Below are positions 30,021 to 42,789 of a stretch of 64,000 nt of DNA, piece by piece (the stretch's first letter is position 1; every line of letters begins with the position of its first letter). The notes under the pieces are model-generated. The model searched no databases, had not been told where the DNA came from, and saw only the letters and a program-made list of their open reading frames with translations. The translations under genes were made by a program, and so were the position numbers. This DNA is from Eledone cirrhosa (taxonomy: Eukaryota): positions 136,028,001 through 136,092,000 of the forward strand of contig OZ024743.1 in NCBI GenBank assembly GCA_964016885.1. The letters run 5' to 3'.

Positions 30021-33000
30021 CACCAAACACCAAACACCAAATACCAAACACCAAACAGCAAACACCAAACAGCAAACACCAAACAGCAAACACCACACAG
30101 CAAACAGCAAACAGCAAACACCAAACACCAAGCACCAAGCACCAAACACCAAGCACCAAGCACCAAGCACCAATCACCAAGCACCAAGCACTAAACACCA
30201 AACACCAAGCACCAAGCACCAAGCACCAAACAGCAAGCACCAAGCACCATGCACCAAACGCCAAGCACCAAGCACCAAACACCAAGCACCAAGCACCAAG
30301 CACCAAACACCAAGCACCAAAGACCAAGCACCAAATACCAAGCACCAAGCACCAAACACCAATCACCAAGCACCAAGCACCAAACACCAAGAACCAAGCA
30401 CCAATCACTAAACACCAAACACCAAGCACCAAGCACCAAACACCAAACACCAAGCACCAAGTACCAAACACCAAACACCAAACACCAAGCACCAAGCACC
30501 AAATCCCAAGCACCAAACACCAAGCACCAAGCACCAAACACCAAACACCAAGCACGAAGCACCAAGCATCAAATACCAAACACCAAACACCAAGCACCAC
30601 ACATCAAACACCAAGCACGAAGCACCAATCGCCAAGCACCAAGCACCAAGCAATAAACACAAAGCACCAAGCACCAAGCACCAAGCACCAAGCACCAAAC
30701 ACCAAGCACCAAGCACCCAACACCAAACACCAATCACCAAGCACCAAAGAGCAAACACGAAGCCCCAAGCACCAAACACCCAACACCAAACACCAAACAT
30801 CAAACACCAATCACGAATCACAAAACACCAAACACCAAACATCAAACACCAATCACGAAACACCAAGCACCAAACACCAAACATCAAGCACCAAGCACCA
30901 AGCACCAAACACCAAACACCAAGCACCAAGCACCGAACACCAAACACCAAGCACCAAACACCAAGCACCAAACAGCAAGCACCAAGCACCAAGCACCAGA
31001 CACCAAGCACCAAGCACCAAACACCAAACACCAAGCACCAAGCACTAAACACCAAACACCAAGCACCAAGCACCAAGCACCAAGCACCAAGCACCAAACA
31101 CCAAGCACCAAGCACCAAGCACCAAGCACCAAGCACCAAGCACCAAACACCAAGCACCAAGCACCAAACAGCAAACACCAAGCACCAAACACCAAACACC
31201 AAGCACCAAGCACCAAACACCAAACACCAAACACCAAGCACCAAGCCCCAAGCACCAAACACCAAGCACCAAGCACCAAACACCAAGCACGAAGCACCAA
31301 GCACCATGCACCAAACACCAAGCACCAAGCACCAAACAGCAAACACCAAACAGCAAACACCAAACACCAAACACCAACCAGCAAACACCAAACACCAAAC
31401 ACCAAACAGCAAACACCAAACAGCAAACACCAAACAGCAAACACCAAACACCAAACACCAAACAGCAAATGCCAAAAAGCAAACGCCAAACCCCAAACGC
31501 CAAACAGCAAATGCCAAACCCCAAACGCCAAACAGCAAACGCCAAGCGCCAAACGCCAAACACCAAGTGCCAAGCACCAAACACCAAACACCAAGCACCA
31601 AGCACCAAGCACCAAACACCAAACACCAAGCACCAAGTACCAAACACCAAACACCAAGCACCAAACACCAAACAGCAAACGCCAAAAAGCAAACGCCAAA
31701 CTCCATACGCCAAACAGCAAATGCCAAACCCCAAACGCCAAACAGCAAACGCCAAGCACCAAACACCAAACACCAAGCGCCAAGCACCAAACACCAAACA
31801 CCAAGCACCAAGCACCAAACACCAAACACCAAGCACCAATCACCAAACACCAAGCACCAAGCGCCAATCACCAAACACCAAACACCTAGCACCAAGCACC
31901 AAGCACCAAACACCAAGTACCAAACACCAATCACCAAGCCCCAAGCACCAAACACCAAGCGCCAAGCACCAAACACCAAACACCAAGCACCAAGCACCCA
32001 GAACCAAGCACCAAGCACCAAACACCAAGCACCAAGCACCGAGCACCAAACACCAAGAACCAAGCACCAAGCTCTAAACACCAAACACCAAACACCAAAC
32101 ACCAAACAGCAAATGCCAAAAAGCAAACGCCAAACGCCAAACCCCAAACGCCAAACAGCAAACGCCAAGCGCCAAACGCCAAACACCAAGCGCCAAGCAC
32201 CAAACACCAAACACCAAGCACCAAGCACCAAACACCAAACACCAAGCACCAAGTACCAAACACCAAACACCAAGCACCAAACACCAAACAGCAAACGCCA
32301 AAAAGAAAACGCCAAACCCCATACTCCAAACAGCAAATGCCAAACCCCAAACGCCAAACAGCAAACGCCAAGCACCGAACACCAAACACCAAGCGCCAAG
32401 CACCAAACACCAAACACCAAGCACCAAGCACCAAACACCAAACACCAAGCACCAATCACCAAACACCAAGCACCAAGCGCCAAGCACCAAACACCAAACA
32501 CCTAGCACCAAGCACCAAGCACCAAACACCAAGTACCAAACACCAATCACCAAGTCCCAAGCACCAAACACCAAGCACCAAGCACCAAACACCAAACACC
32601 AACACCAAGCACCCAGAACCAAGCACCAAGCACCAAACACCAAGCACCAAGCACCGAGCACAAAACACCAAGAACCAAGCACCAAGCACTAAACACCAAA
32701 CACCAAACACCAAGCGCCAAGCACCAAACACCAAACACCAAGCACCAAGCACCAAACACCAAACACCAAGCACAAATCACCAAACACCAAACACCAAGCA
32801 CCAAGCACCCAGAACCAAGCACCAAGCACCAAACACCAAGCACCAAGCACCGAGCACCAAACACCAAGAACCAAGCACCAAGCACTAAACACCAAACCCC
32901 AAACACCAAGCGCCAAGCACCAAACACCAAACACCAAACACCAAGCACCAAGCACCAAGCACCAAACACCAAACACCAAGCACCAAGCACTAAACACCAA

Positions 33001-33281
33001 ACACCAAGCACCAAGCACCAAGCACCAAACACCAAGCACCAAGCACCAAGCACCAAACACCAAGCACCAAGCACCAAACACCAAACACCAAGCACCAAAC
33101 ACCAAGCACCAAACAGCAAGCACCAAGCACCAAGCACCAGACACCAAGCACCAAGCACCAAACACCAAACACCAAGCACCAAGCACTAAACACCAAACAC
33201 CAAGCACCAAGCACCAAGCACCAAGCACCAAGCACCAAACACCAAGCACCAAGCACCAAGCACCAAGCACCAAGCACCAAG

Positions 33282-35166
33282 CACCAAACACCAAGAACCA
33301 AGCACCAAGCTCTAAACACCAAACACCAAGCACCAAGCACCAAACACCAAACGCCAAACACCAAACACCAAACACCAAACAGCAAATGCCAAAAAGCAAA
33401 CGCCAAACCCCAAACCCCAAACGCCAAACACCAAGCGCCAAGCACCAAACACCAAACACCAAGCACCAAGCACCAAACACCAAACACCAAGCACCAAGCA
33501 CCAAACACCAAACAGCAAACGCCAAAAAGCAAACGCCAAACCCCATTCGCCAAACAGCAAATGCCAAACCCCAAACGCCAAACAGCAAACGCCAAGCACC
33601 GAACACCAAACACCAAGCGCCAAGCACCAAACATCAAACACCAAGCACCAAGCACCAAACACCAAACACCAAGCACCAATCACCAAACACCAAGCACCAA
33701 GCGCCAAGCACCAAACACCAAACACCTAGCACCAAGCACCAAGCACCAAACACCAAGTACCAAACACAAATCACCAAGCCCCAAGCACCAAACACCAAGC
33801 ACCAAGCACCAAACACCAAACACCAAGCACCAAGCACCCAGAACCAAGCACCAAGCACCAAACACCAAGCACCAAGCACCGAGCACCAAACACCAAGAAC
33901 GAAGCACCAAGCACTAAACACCAAACACCAAACACCAAGCGCCAAGCACCAAACACCAAACACCAAGCACCAAGCACCAAACACCAAACACCAAGCACAA
34001 ATCACCAAACACCAAACACCAAGCGCCAAACACCAAACACCAAACACCTTGCACCAAGCACCAAGCACCAAACACCAAGCACCAAACACCAAGCACCAAG
34101 CACCAAGCACCAAGCACCAAGCACCAAACACCAATCACCAAGCCCCAAGCATCAAACACCAAGCACCAAGCACCAAGCACCCAGAACCAAGCACCAAGCA
34201 CCAAACACCAAACACCAAACACCAAGCACCAAGCACCCAGAACCAAGCACCAAGCACCAAACACCAAGCACCAAGCACCGAGCACCAAACACCAAGAACC
34301 AAGCACCAAGCTCTAAACACCAAACACCAAGCACCAAGCACCAAACACCAAACGCCAAACACCAAACACCAAACACCAAACAGCAAATGCCAAAAAGCAA
34401 ACGCCAAACCCCAAACCCCAAACGCCAAACACCAAGCGCCAAGCACCAAACACCAAACACCAAGCACCAAGCACCAAACACCAAACACCAAGCACCAAGC
34501 ACCAAACACCAAACAGCAAACGCCAAAAAGCAAACGCCAAACCCCATACGCCAAACAGCAAATGCCAAACCCCAAACGCCAAACAGCAAACGCCAAGCAC
34601 CGAACACCAAACACCAAGCGCCAAGCACCAAACACCAAACACCAAGCACCAAGCACCAAACACCAAACACCAAGCACCAATCACCAAACACCAAGCACCA
34701 AGCGCCAAGCACCAAACACCAAACACCTAGCACCAAGCACCAAGCACCAAACACCAAGTACCAAACACCAATCACCAAGCCCCAAGCACCAAACACCAAG
34801 CACCAAGCACCAAACACCAAACACCAAGCACCAAGCACCCAGAACCAAGCACCAAGCACCAAACACCAAGCACCAAGCACCGAGCACCAAACACCAAGAA
34901 CGAAGCACCAAGCACTAAACACCAAACACCAAACACCAAGCGCCAAGCACCAAACACCAAACACCAAGCACCAAGCACCAAACACCAAACACCAAGCACA
35001 AATCACCAAACACCAAACACCAAGCGCCAAACACCAAACACCAAACACCTAGCACCAAGCACCAAGCACCAAACACCAAGCACCAAACACCAAGCACCAA
35101 GCACCAAGCACCAAGCACCAAGCACCAAACACCAATCACCAAGCCCCAAGCATCAAACACCAAGCA
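33282..35166 (+). repeat. Tandem duplication, period 1001 bp (143 monomers)
   Basis: CTCTAAA 33310/34311, AACGAAG 33898/34899, ORFs 33312/34313 and 33680/34681. Confidence 0.87.
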
Positions 35167-38100
35167 CCCAGCACCAAACACCAAACACCAAGCACCAAGC
35201 ACCCAGAACAAAGCACCAAGAACCAAACACCAAACACCAAGCTCCAAGCACCAAGCACCAAGCACCAAGCACCAAGCACCAATCACCAAACACCAAACAC
35301 CAAGCACCAAGCACCAAACACCAAACACCAAGCACCAATCACCAAACACCAAGCCCCAAGCGCCAAACACCAAACACCAAACACCTAGCACCAAGCACCA
35401 AGCACCGAACACCAAGCACCAAACACCAAGCACCAAGCACCAAGCACCAAGCACCAAGCACCAAACACCAATCACCAAGCCCCAAGCACCAAACACCAAG
35501 CACCAAGCACCAAACACCAAACACCAAGCACCAAGCACCCAGAACCAAACAACAAACACCAAACACCAAACACCAAACACCAAACAGCAAACACCAAACA
35601 GCAAACACTAAACAGCAAACAGCAAACAAGCACCAAGCACCAAACACCAAGCACCAAGCACCAAACAACAACACCAAGCACCAAGCACCAAACACCAAGC
35701 GCCAAGCACCAAACACCAAACACCAAGCTCCAAGCACCAAACACCATACACCAAGCACCAAGCACCAAACACCAATCACCAAGCACCAAGCACCAAACCC
35801 CAAGCACCAAACACCAAGCACCAATCACCAAACACCAAACACCCAGCACCAAGCACCAAACACCAAGCACCAAGCACCAAGCACCAAACACCAAGCACCA
35901 AGTACCAAACACCAAACACCAAGCACCAAGTACCAAACACCAAACACCAAGCACCAAGCACCAAACACCAAACACCAAGCACCAAGCACCAAACACCAAA
36001 CACCAGGCTCCAAGCACAAAACACCAAGCACCAAGCACCAAGCAACAAACACCAAACACCAAGCACCAAACACCAAGCACCAAGCCCCAAGCACCAAACA
36101 CCAAGCACCAAGCACCAAACACCAAGCACCAAGCACCAAGCACCATGCACGAAACACCAAGCACCAAACACCATACGCCAAACACCAAACACCAAGCACC
36201 AAGCACCAAACACCAAGCACCAAACAGCAAACACCAAACAGCAAACACCAAACACCAAGCACCAAGCACCAAACACCATACGCCAAACACCAAACACCAA
36301 GCACCAAGCACCAAACACCAAGCACCAAGCACCAAAGACCAAACACCAAGCACCAAGCACGAAACACCAAGCACCAAGCACCGAGCACCAAACACCAAAC
36401 ACCAAACACCAAGCACCAAGCACCAAACACCAAACACCAAGAACCAAGCACCAAACACCAAATACCAAGCACCAAGCACTAAACACCAAACACCAAGCAC
36501 CAAACACCAAGCACCAAGCACCAAGCACCAAGCACCAAACACAAAACACCAAGTACCAAGCACCAAGCACCAAACACCAAACACCAAACACCAAGCACCA
36601 AGCACCAAACACCAAACACCAAGCACCAAGCACCAGAGACCAAGCACCAAGCACCAAGCACCAAACACCAAAGACCAAGCACAAAGCACCAAAGAGCAAA
36701 AACAAAGCACCAAGCACCAAACACCAAACACCAAACACCAAACAGCAAACACCAAACACCAAATAGCAAACACCAAAGGGCAAACTCCAAACACCAAACA
36801 GCAAACACAAAACACCAAACAGCAAACAACAAACAGCAAACAGCAAACAGCAAACAGCAAACACCAAACACCAGGCACCAAGCACCAAGCACCAAACACC
36901 AACACCAAGCACCAAGCACCAAACACCAAACACCTTGCACCAAGCACCAAGCACCAAACACCAAGCACCAAACACCAAGCACCAAGCACCAAGCACCAAG
37001 CACCAAGCACCAAACACCAATCACCAAGCCCCAAGCATCAAACACCAAGCACCAAGCACCAAGCACCCAGAACCAAGCACCAAGCACCAAACACCAAACA
37101 CCAAACACCAAGCACCAAGCACCCAGAACCAAGCACCAAGCACCAAACACCAAGCACCAAGCACCGAGCACCAAACACCAAGAACCAAGCACCAAGCTCT
37201 AAACACCAAACACCAAGCACCAAGCACCAAACACCAAACGCCAAACACCAAACACCAAACACCAAACAGCAAATGCCAAAAAGCAAACGCCAAACCCCAA
37301 ACCCCAAACGCCAAACACCAAGCGCCAAGCACCAAACACCAAACACCAAGCACCAAGCACCAAACACCAAACACCAAGCACCAAGCACCAAACACCAAAC
37401 AGCAAACGCCAAAAAGCAAACGCCAAACCCCATACGCCAAACAGCAAATGCCAAACCCCAAACGCCAAACAGCAAACGCCAAGCACCGAACACCAAACAC
37501 CAAGCGCCAAGCACCAAACACCAAACACCAAGCACCAAGCACCAAACACCAAACACCAAGCACCAATCACCAAACACCAAGCACCAAGCGCCAAGCACCA
37601 AACACCAAACACCTAGCACCAAGCACCAAGCACCAAACACCAAGTACCAAACACCAATCACCAAGCCCCAAGCACCAAACACCAAGCACCAAGCACCAAA
37701 CACCAAACACCAAGCACCAAGCACCCAGAACCAAGCACCAAGCACCAAACACCAAGCACCAAGCACCGAGCACCAAACACCAAGAACGAAGCACCAAGCA
37801 CTAAACACCAAACACCAAACACCAAGCGCCAAGCACCAAACACCAAACACCAAGCACCAAGCACCAAACACCAAACACCAAGCACAAATCACCAAACACC
37901 AAACACCAAGCGCCAAACACCAAACACCAAACACCTAGCACCAAGCACCAAGCACCAAACACCAAGCACCAAACACCAAGCACCAAGCACCAAGCACCAA
38001 GCACCAAGCACCAAACACCAATCACCAAGCCCCAAGCATCAAACACCAAGCACCCAGCACCAAACACCAAACACCAAGCACCAAGCACCCAGAACAAAGC

Positions 38101-39800
38101 ACCAAGAACCAAACACCAAACACCAAGCTCCAAGCACCAAGCACCAAGCACCAAGCACCAAGCACTAATCACCAAACACCAAACACCAAGCACCAAGCAC
38201 CAAACACCAAACACCAAGCACCAATCACCAAACACCAAGCCCCAAGCTCCAAACACCAAACACCAAACACCTAGCACCAAGCACCAAGCACCGAACACCA
38301 AGCACCAAACACCAAGCACCAAGCACCAAGCACCAAGCACCAAGCACCAAACACCAATCACCAAGCCCCAAGCACCAAACACCAAGCACCAAGCACCAAA
38401 CACCAAACACCAAGCACCAAGCACCCAGAACCAAACAACAAACACCAAACACCAAACACCAAACACCAAACAGCAAACACCAAACAGCAAACACTAAACA
38501 GCAAACAGCAAACAAGCACCAAGCACCAAACACCAAGCACCAAGCACCAAACAACAACACCAAGCACCAAGCACCAAACACCAAGCGCCAAGCACCAAAC
38601 ACCAAACACCAAGCTCCAAGCACCAAACACCATACACCAAGCACCAAGCACCAAACACCAATCACCAAGCACCAAGCACCAAACCCCAAGCACCAAACAC
38701 CAAGCACCAATCACCAAACACCAAACACCCAGCACCAAGCACCAAACACCAAGCACCAAGCACCAAGCACCAAACACCAAGCACCAAGTACCAAACACCA
38801 AACACCAAGCACCAAGTACCAAACACCAAACACCAAGCACCAAGCACCAAACACCAAACACCAAGCACCAAGCACCAAACACCAAACACCAGGCTCCAAG
38901 CACAAAACACCAAGCACCAAGCACCAAGCAACAAACACCAAACACCAAGCACCAAACACCAAGCACCAAGCCCCAAGCACCAAACACCAAGCACCAAGCA
39001 CCAAACACCAAGCACCAAGCACCAAGCACCATGCACGAAACACCAAGCACCAAACACCATACGCCAAACACCAAACACCAAGCACCAAGCACCAAACACC
39101 AAGCACCAAACAGCAAACACCAAACAGCAAACACCAAACACCAAGCACCAAGCACCAAACACCATACGCCAAACACCAAACACCAAGCACCAAGCACCAA
39201 ACACCAAGCACCAAGCACCAAAGACCAAACACCAAGCACCAAGCACGAAACACCAAGCACCAAGCACCGAGCACCAAACACCAAACACCAAACACCAAGC
39301 ACCAAGCACCAAACACCAAACACCAAGAACCAAGCACCAAACACCAAATACCAAGCACCAAGCACTAAACACCAAACACCAAGCACCAAACACCAAGCAC
39401 CAAGCACCAAGCACCAAGCACCAAACACAAAACACCAAGTACCAAGCACCAAGCACCAAACACCAAACACCAAACACCAAGCACCAAGCACCAAACACCA
39501 AACACCAAGCACCAAGCACCAGAGACCAAGCACCAAGCACCAAGGACCAAACACCAAACACCAAACACCAGGCACAAAGCACCAAACACCAAGCACCAAG
39601 CACCAAACAACAAAGACCAAGCACAAAGCACCAAAGAGCAAAAACAAAGCACCAAGCACCAAACACCAAACACCAAACACCAAACAGCAAACACCAAACA
39701 CCAAATAGCAAACACCAAAGGGCAAACTCCAAACACCAAACAGCAAACACAAAACACCAAACAGCAAACAACAAACAGCAAACAGCAAACAGCAAACAGC
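34030..39800 (+). repeat. Tandem duplication, period 2886 bp (about 34030-36915 and 36916-39800)
   Basis: Rare CACCTTG at 34045/36931 and AACGAAG 34899/37785. ORFs 34135/37021, 35339/38225 and 35825/38711 share the offset. Confidence 0.92.
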
Positions 39801-39911
39801 AAACACCAAACACCAGGCACCAAGCACCAAGCACCAAACACCAACACCAAGCACCAAGCACCAAACACCAAGCACCAAGCACCAAACACCAAACACCAAG
39901 CTCCAAGCACC

Positions 39912-39923
39912 AAAAAAAAAAAA
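39912..39923 (+). repeat. A12 homopolymer (copy 3 of 3)
   Basis: Same flanks and length as the copy at 24326. Confidence 0.9.
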
Positions 39924-42789
39924 CACCAAGCACCAAACCCCAAGCACCAAACACCAAGCACAAAACACCAAGCACCAAGCACCAAACAACAAACATCAAA
40001 TAGCAATCACCAAACATCAAACAGCAAACAACAAACACCAAACACCAAACATCAAACACCAAACAGCAAACAACAAACAACAAACGCCAAACATCAAACG
40101 CCAAACACCAAACGCCAAATAGCAAACACCAAACACCAAACACCAAACAGCAAACACCAAACACCAAACAGCGAACTCCAAACAGCAAACACCAAACAGC
40201 AAACAGCAAACAGCAAACACCAAACACCAAACACCAAGCACCAAACTCCAAACACCAAGCACCAAGCACCAAGCACAAAACACCAAGCACCAAGCGCTAA
40301 ACATAAAACACTAAGCACCAAGCACCAAGCACCAAGCACCAAACACCAAACATCAAACACCAATCACCAAACATCAAACAGCAAACACCAAACACCAAAC
40401 ACCAAACATCAAACACCAAATAGCAAACAACAAACAACAAACGCCAAACATCAAACGCCAAACACAAACACCAAATAGCAAACACCAAACCGCAAACACC
40501 AAACACCAAACAGCAAACACCAAACACCAAACAGCGAACACCAAACAGCAAACACCAAACAGCAAACACCAAACACCAAGCACCAAACACCAAACACCAA
40601 GCACGAAGCACCAAGCACAAAACACCAAGCACCAAGCACCAAACACCAAGCACCAAACACCAAACACCAAGCACCAAGCGCCAAACACCAAGCACCAAGC
40701 ACCAAGCACGAAACACCAAGCACCAATCACCAAACACCAAACACCAAGCACCAAACACCAAACAGCAAACACCAAACACCAAACAGTAAACACCAAACAC
40801 CAAACAGCAAACACCAAACACCAAACACCAAACAGCAAACACCAAACACCAAACACCAAACAGCAAACACCAAACAAACAGCAAACAGTAAACACCAAGC
40901 AGCAAACACCAAACAGCAAACACCAAACACCAAACACCAAATAGCAAACACCAAACAGCAAACACCAAACAGCAAACACCAAACAGCAAACACCAGACAG
41001 CAAACAGCAAACACCAAACACCAAACACCAAGCACCAAGCACCAAACACCAAGCACCAAGCAACAAGCACCAATCACCAAGCACCAAGCACTAAACACCA
41101 AACACCAAGCACCAAGCACCAAACAGCAAGCACCAAGCACCATGCACCAAACGCCAAGCACCAAGCACCAAACACCAAGCACCAAGCACCAAGCACCAAA
41201 CACCAAGCACCAAAGACCAAGCACCAAATACCAAGCACCAAGCACCAAACACCAATCACCAAGCACCAAGCACCAAACACCAAGAACCAAGCACCAATCA
41301 CTAAACACCAAACACCAAGCACAAAGCACCAAACACCAAACACCAAGCACCAAGTACCAAACACCAAACACCAAACACCAAGCACCAAGCACCAAATCCC
41401 AAGCACCAAACACCAAGCACCAAGCACCAAACACCAAACACCAAGCACGAAGCACCAAGCATCAAATACCAAACACCAAACACCAAGCACCACACATCAA
41501 ACACCAAGCACGAAGCACCAATCGCCAAGCACCAAGCACCAAGCAATAAACACAAAGCACCAAGCACCAAGCACCAAGAACCAAGCACCAAGCACCAAAC
41601 ACCAAGCACCAAGCACCCAACACCAAACACCAATCACCAAGCACCAAAGAGCAAACACGAAGCCCCAAGCACCAAACACCCAACACCAAACACCAAACAT
41701 CAAACACCAATCACGAATCACAAAACACCAAACACCAAACATCAAACACCAATCACGAATCACCAAGCACCAAACACCAAACACCAAGCACCAAGCACCA
41801 AGCACCAAACACCAAACACCAAGCACCAAACACTAAACACCAAACACCAAGCACCAAGCACCAAGCACCAAACACCAAGCACCAAGCACCAAGCACCAAA
41901 CACCAAGCACCAAGCACCAAACACCAAACACCAAGCACCAAACACCAAGCACCAAACAGCAAGCACCAAGCACCAAGCACCAGACACCAAGCACCAAGCA
42001 CCAAACACCAAACACCAAGCACCAAGCACTAAACACCAAACACCAAGCACCAAGCACCAAGCACCAAGCACCAAGCACCAAACACCAAGCACCAAGCACC
42101 AAGCACCAAGCACCAAGCACCAAACACCAAGCACCAAGCACCAAACAGCAAACACCAAGCACCAAGCACCAAACACCAAGCACGAAGCACCAAGCACTAT
42201 GCACCAAACACCAAGCAACAAGCACCAAACAGCAAACACCAAACAGCAAACACCAAACACCAAACACCAACCAGCAAACACCAAACACCAAACACCAAAC
42301 ACCAAACACCAAACGGCAAACACCAAACAGCAAACACCAAACACCAAACACCAAACAGCAAATGCCAAAAAGCAAACGCCAAACCCCAAACGCCAAACAG
42401 CAAACGCCAAACCCCAAACGCCAAACAGCAAACGCCAAGCGCCAAACGCCAAACACCAAGTGTCAAGCACCAAACACCAAACACCAAGCACCAAGCACCA
42501 AGCACCAAACACCAAACACCAAGCACCAAGTACCAAACACCAAACACCAAGCACCAAACACCAAACAGCAAACGCCAAAAAGCAAACGCCAAACCCCATA
42601 CGCCAAACAGCAAATGCCAAACCCCAAACGCCAGACAGCAAACGCCAAGCACCAAACACCAAACACCAAGCGCCAAGCACCAAACACCAAACACCAAGCA
42701 CCAAGCACCAAACACCAAACACCAAGCACCAATCACCAAACACCAAGCACCAAGCGCCAAGCACCAAACACCAAACACCTAGCACCAAG

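Larger units (their letters stand above)
21070..30350 (+). repeat. More rearranged tandem duplication, period about 4.5-4.7 kb
   Basis: Collinear markers with drifting offset: CACTAAACAGCAAACGCAAAA 21956/26629 (4673), GGGCAAA 24175/28641 (4466), A12 24326/28840 (4514), CGCTAAA 24660/29223 (4563), ORFs 25612/30249 (4637). Confidence 0.8.

Noticed and set aside
24326-39923. A12 tracts as retrotransposon tails or terminators
   Set aside because: There is no element body, target-site duplication or hairpin. The near absence of T on the + strand precludes stem-loops.
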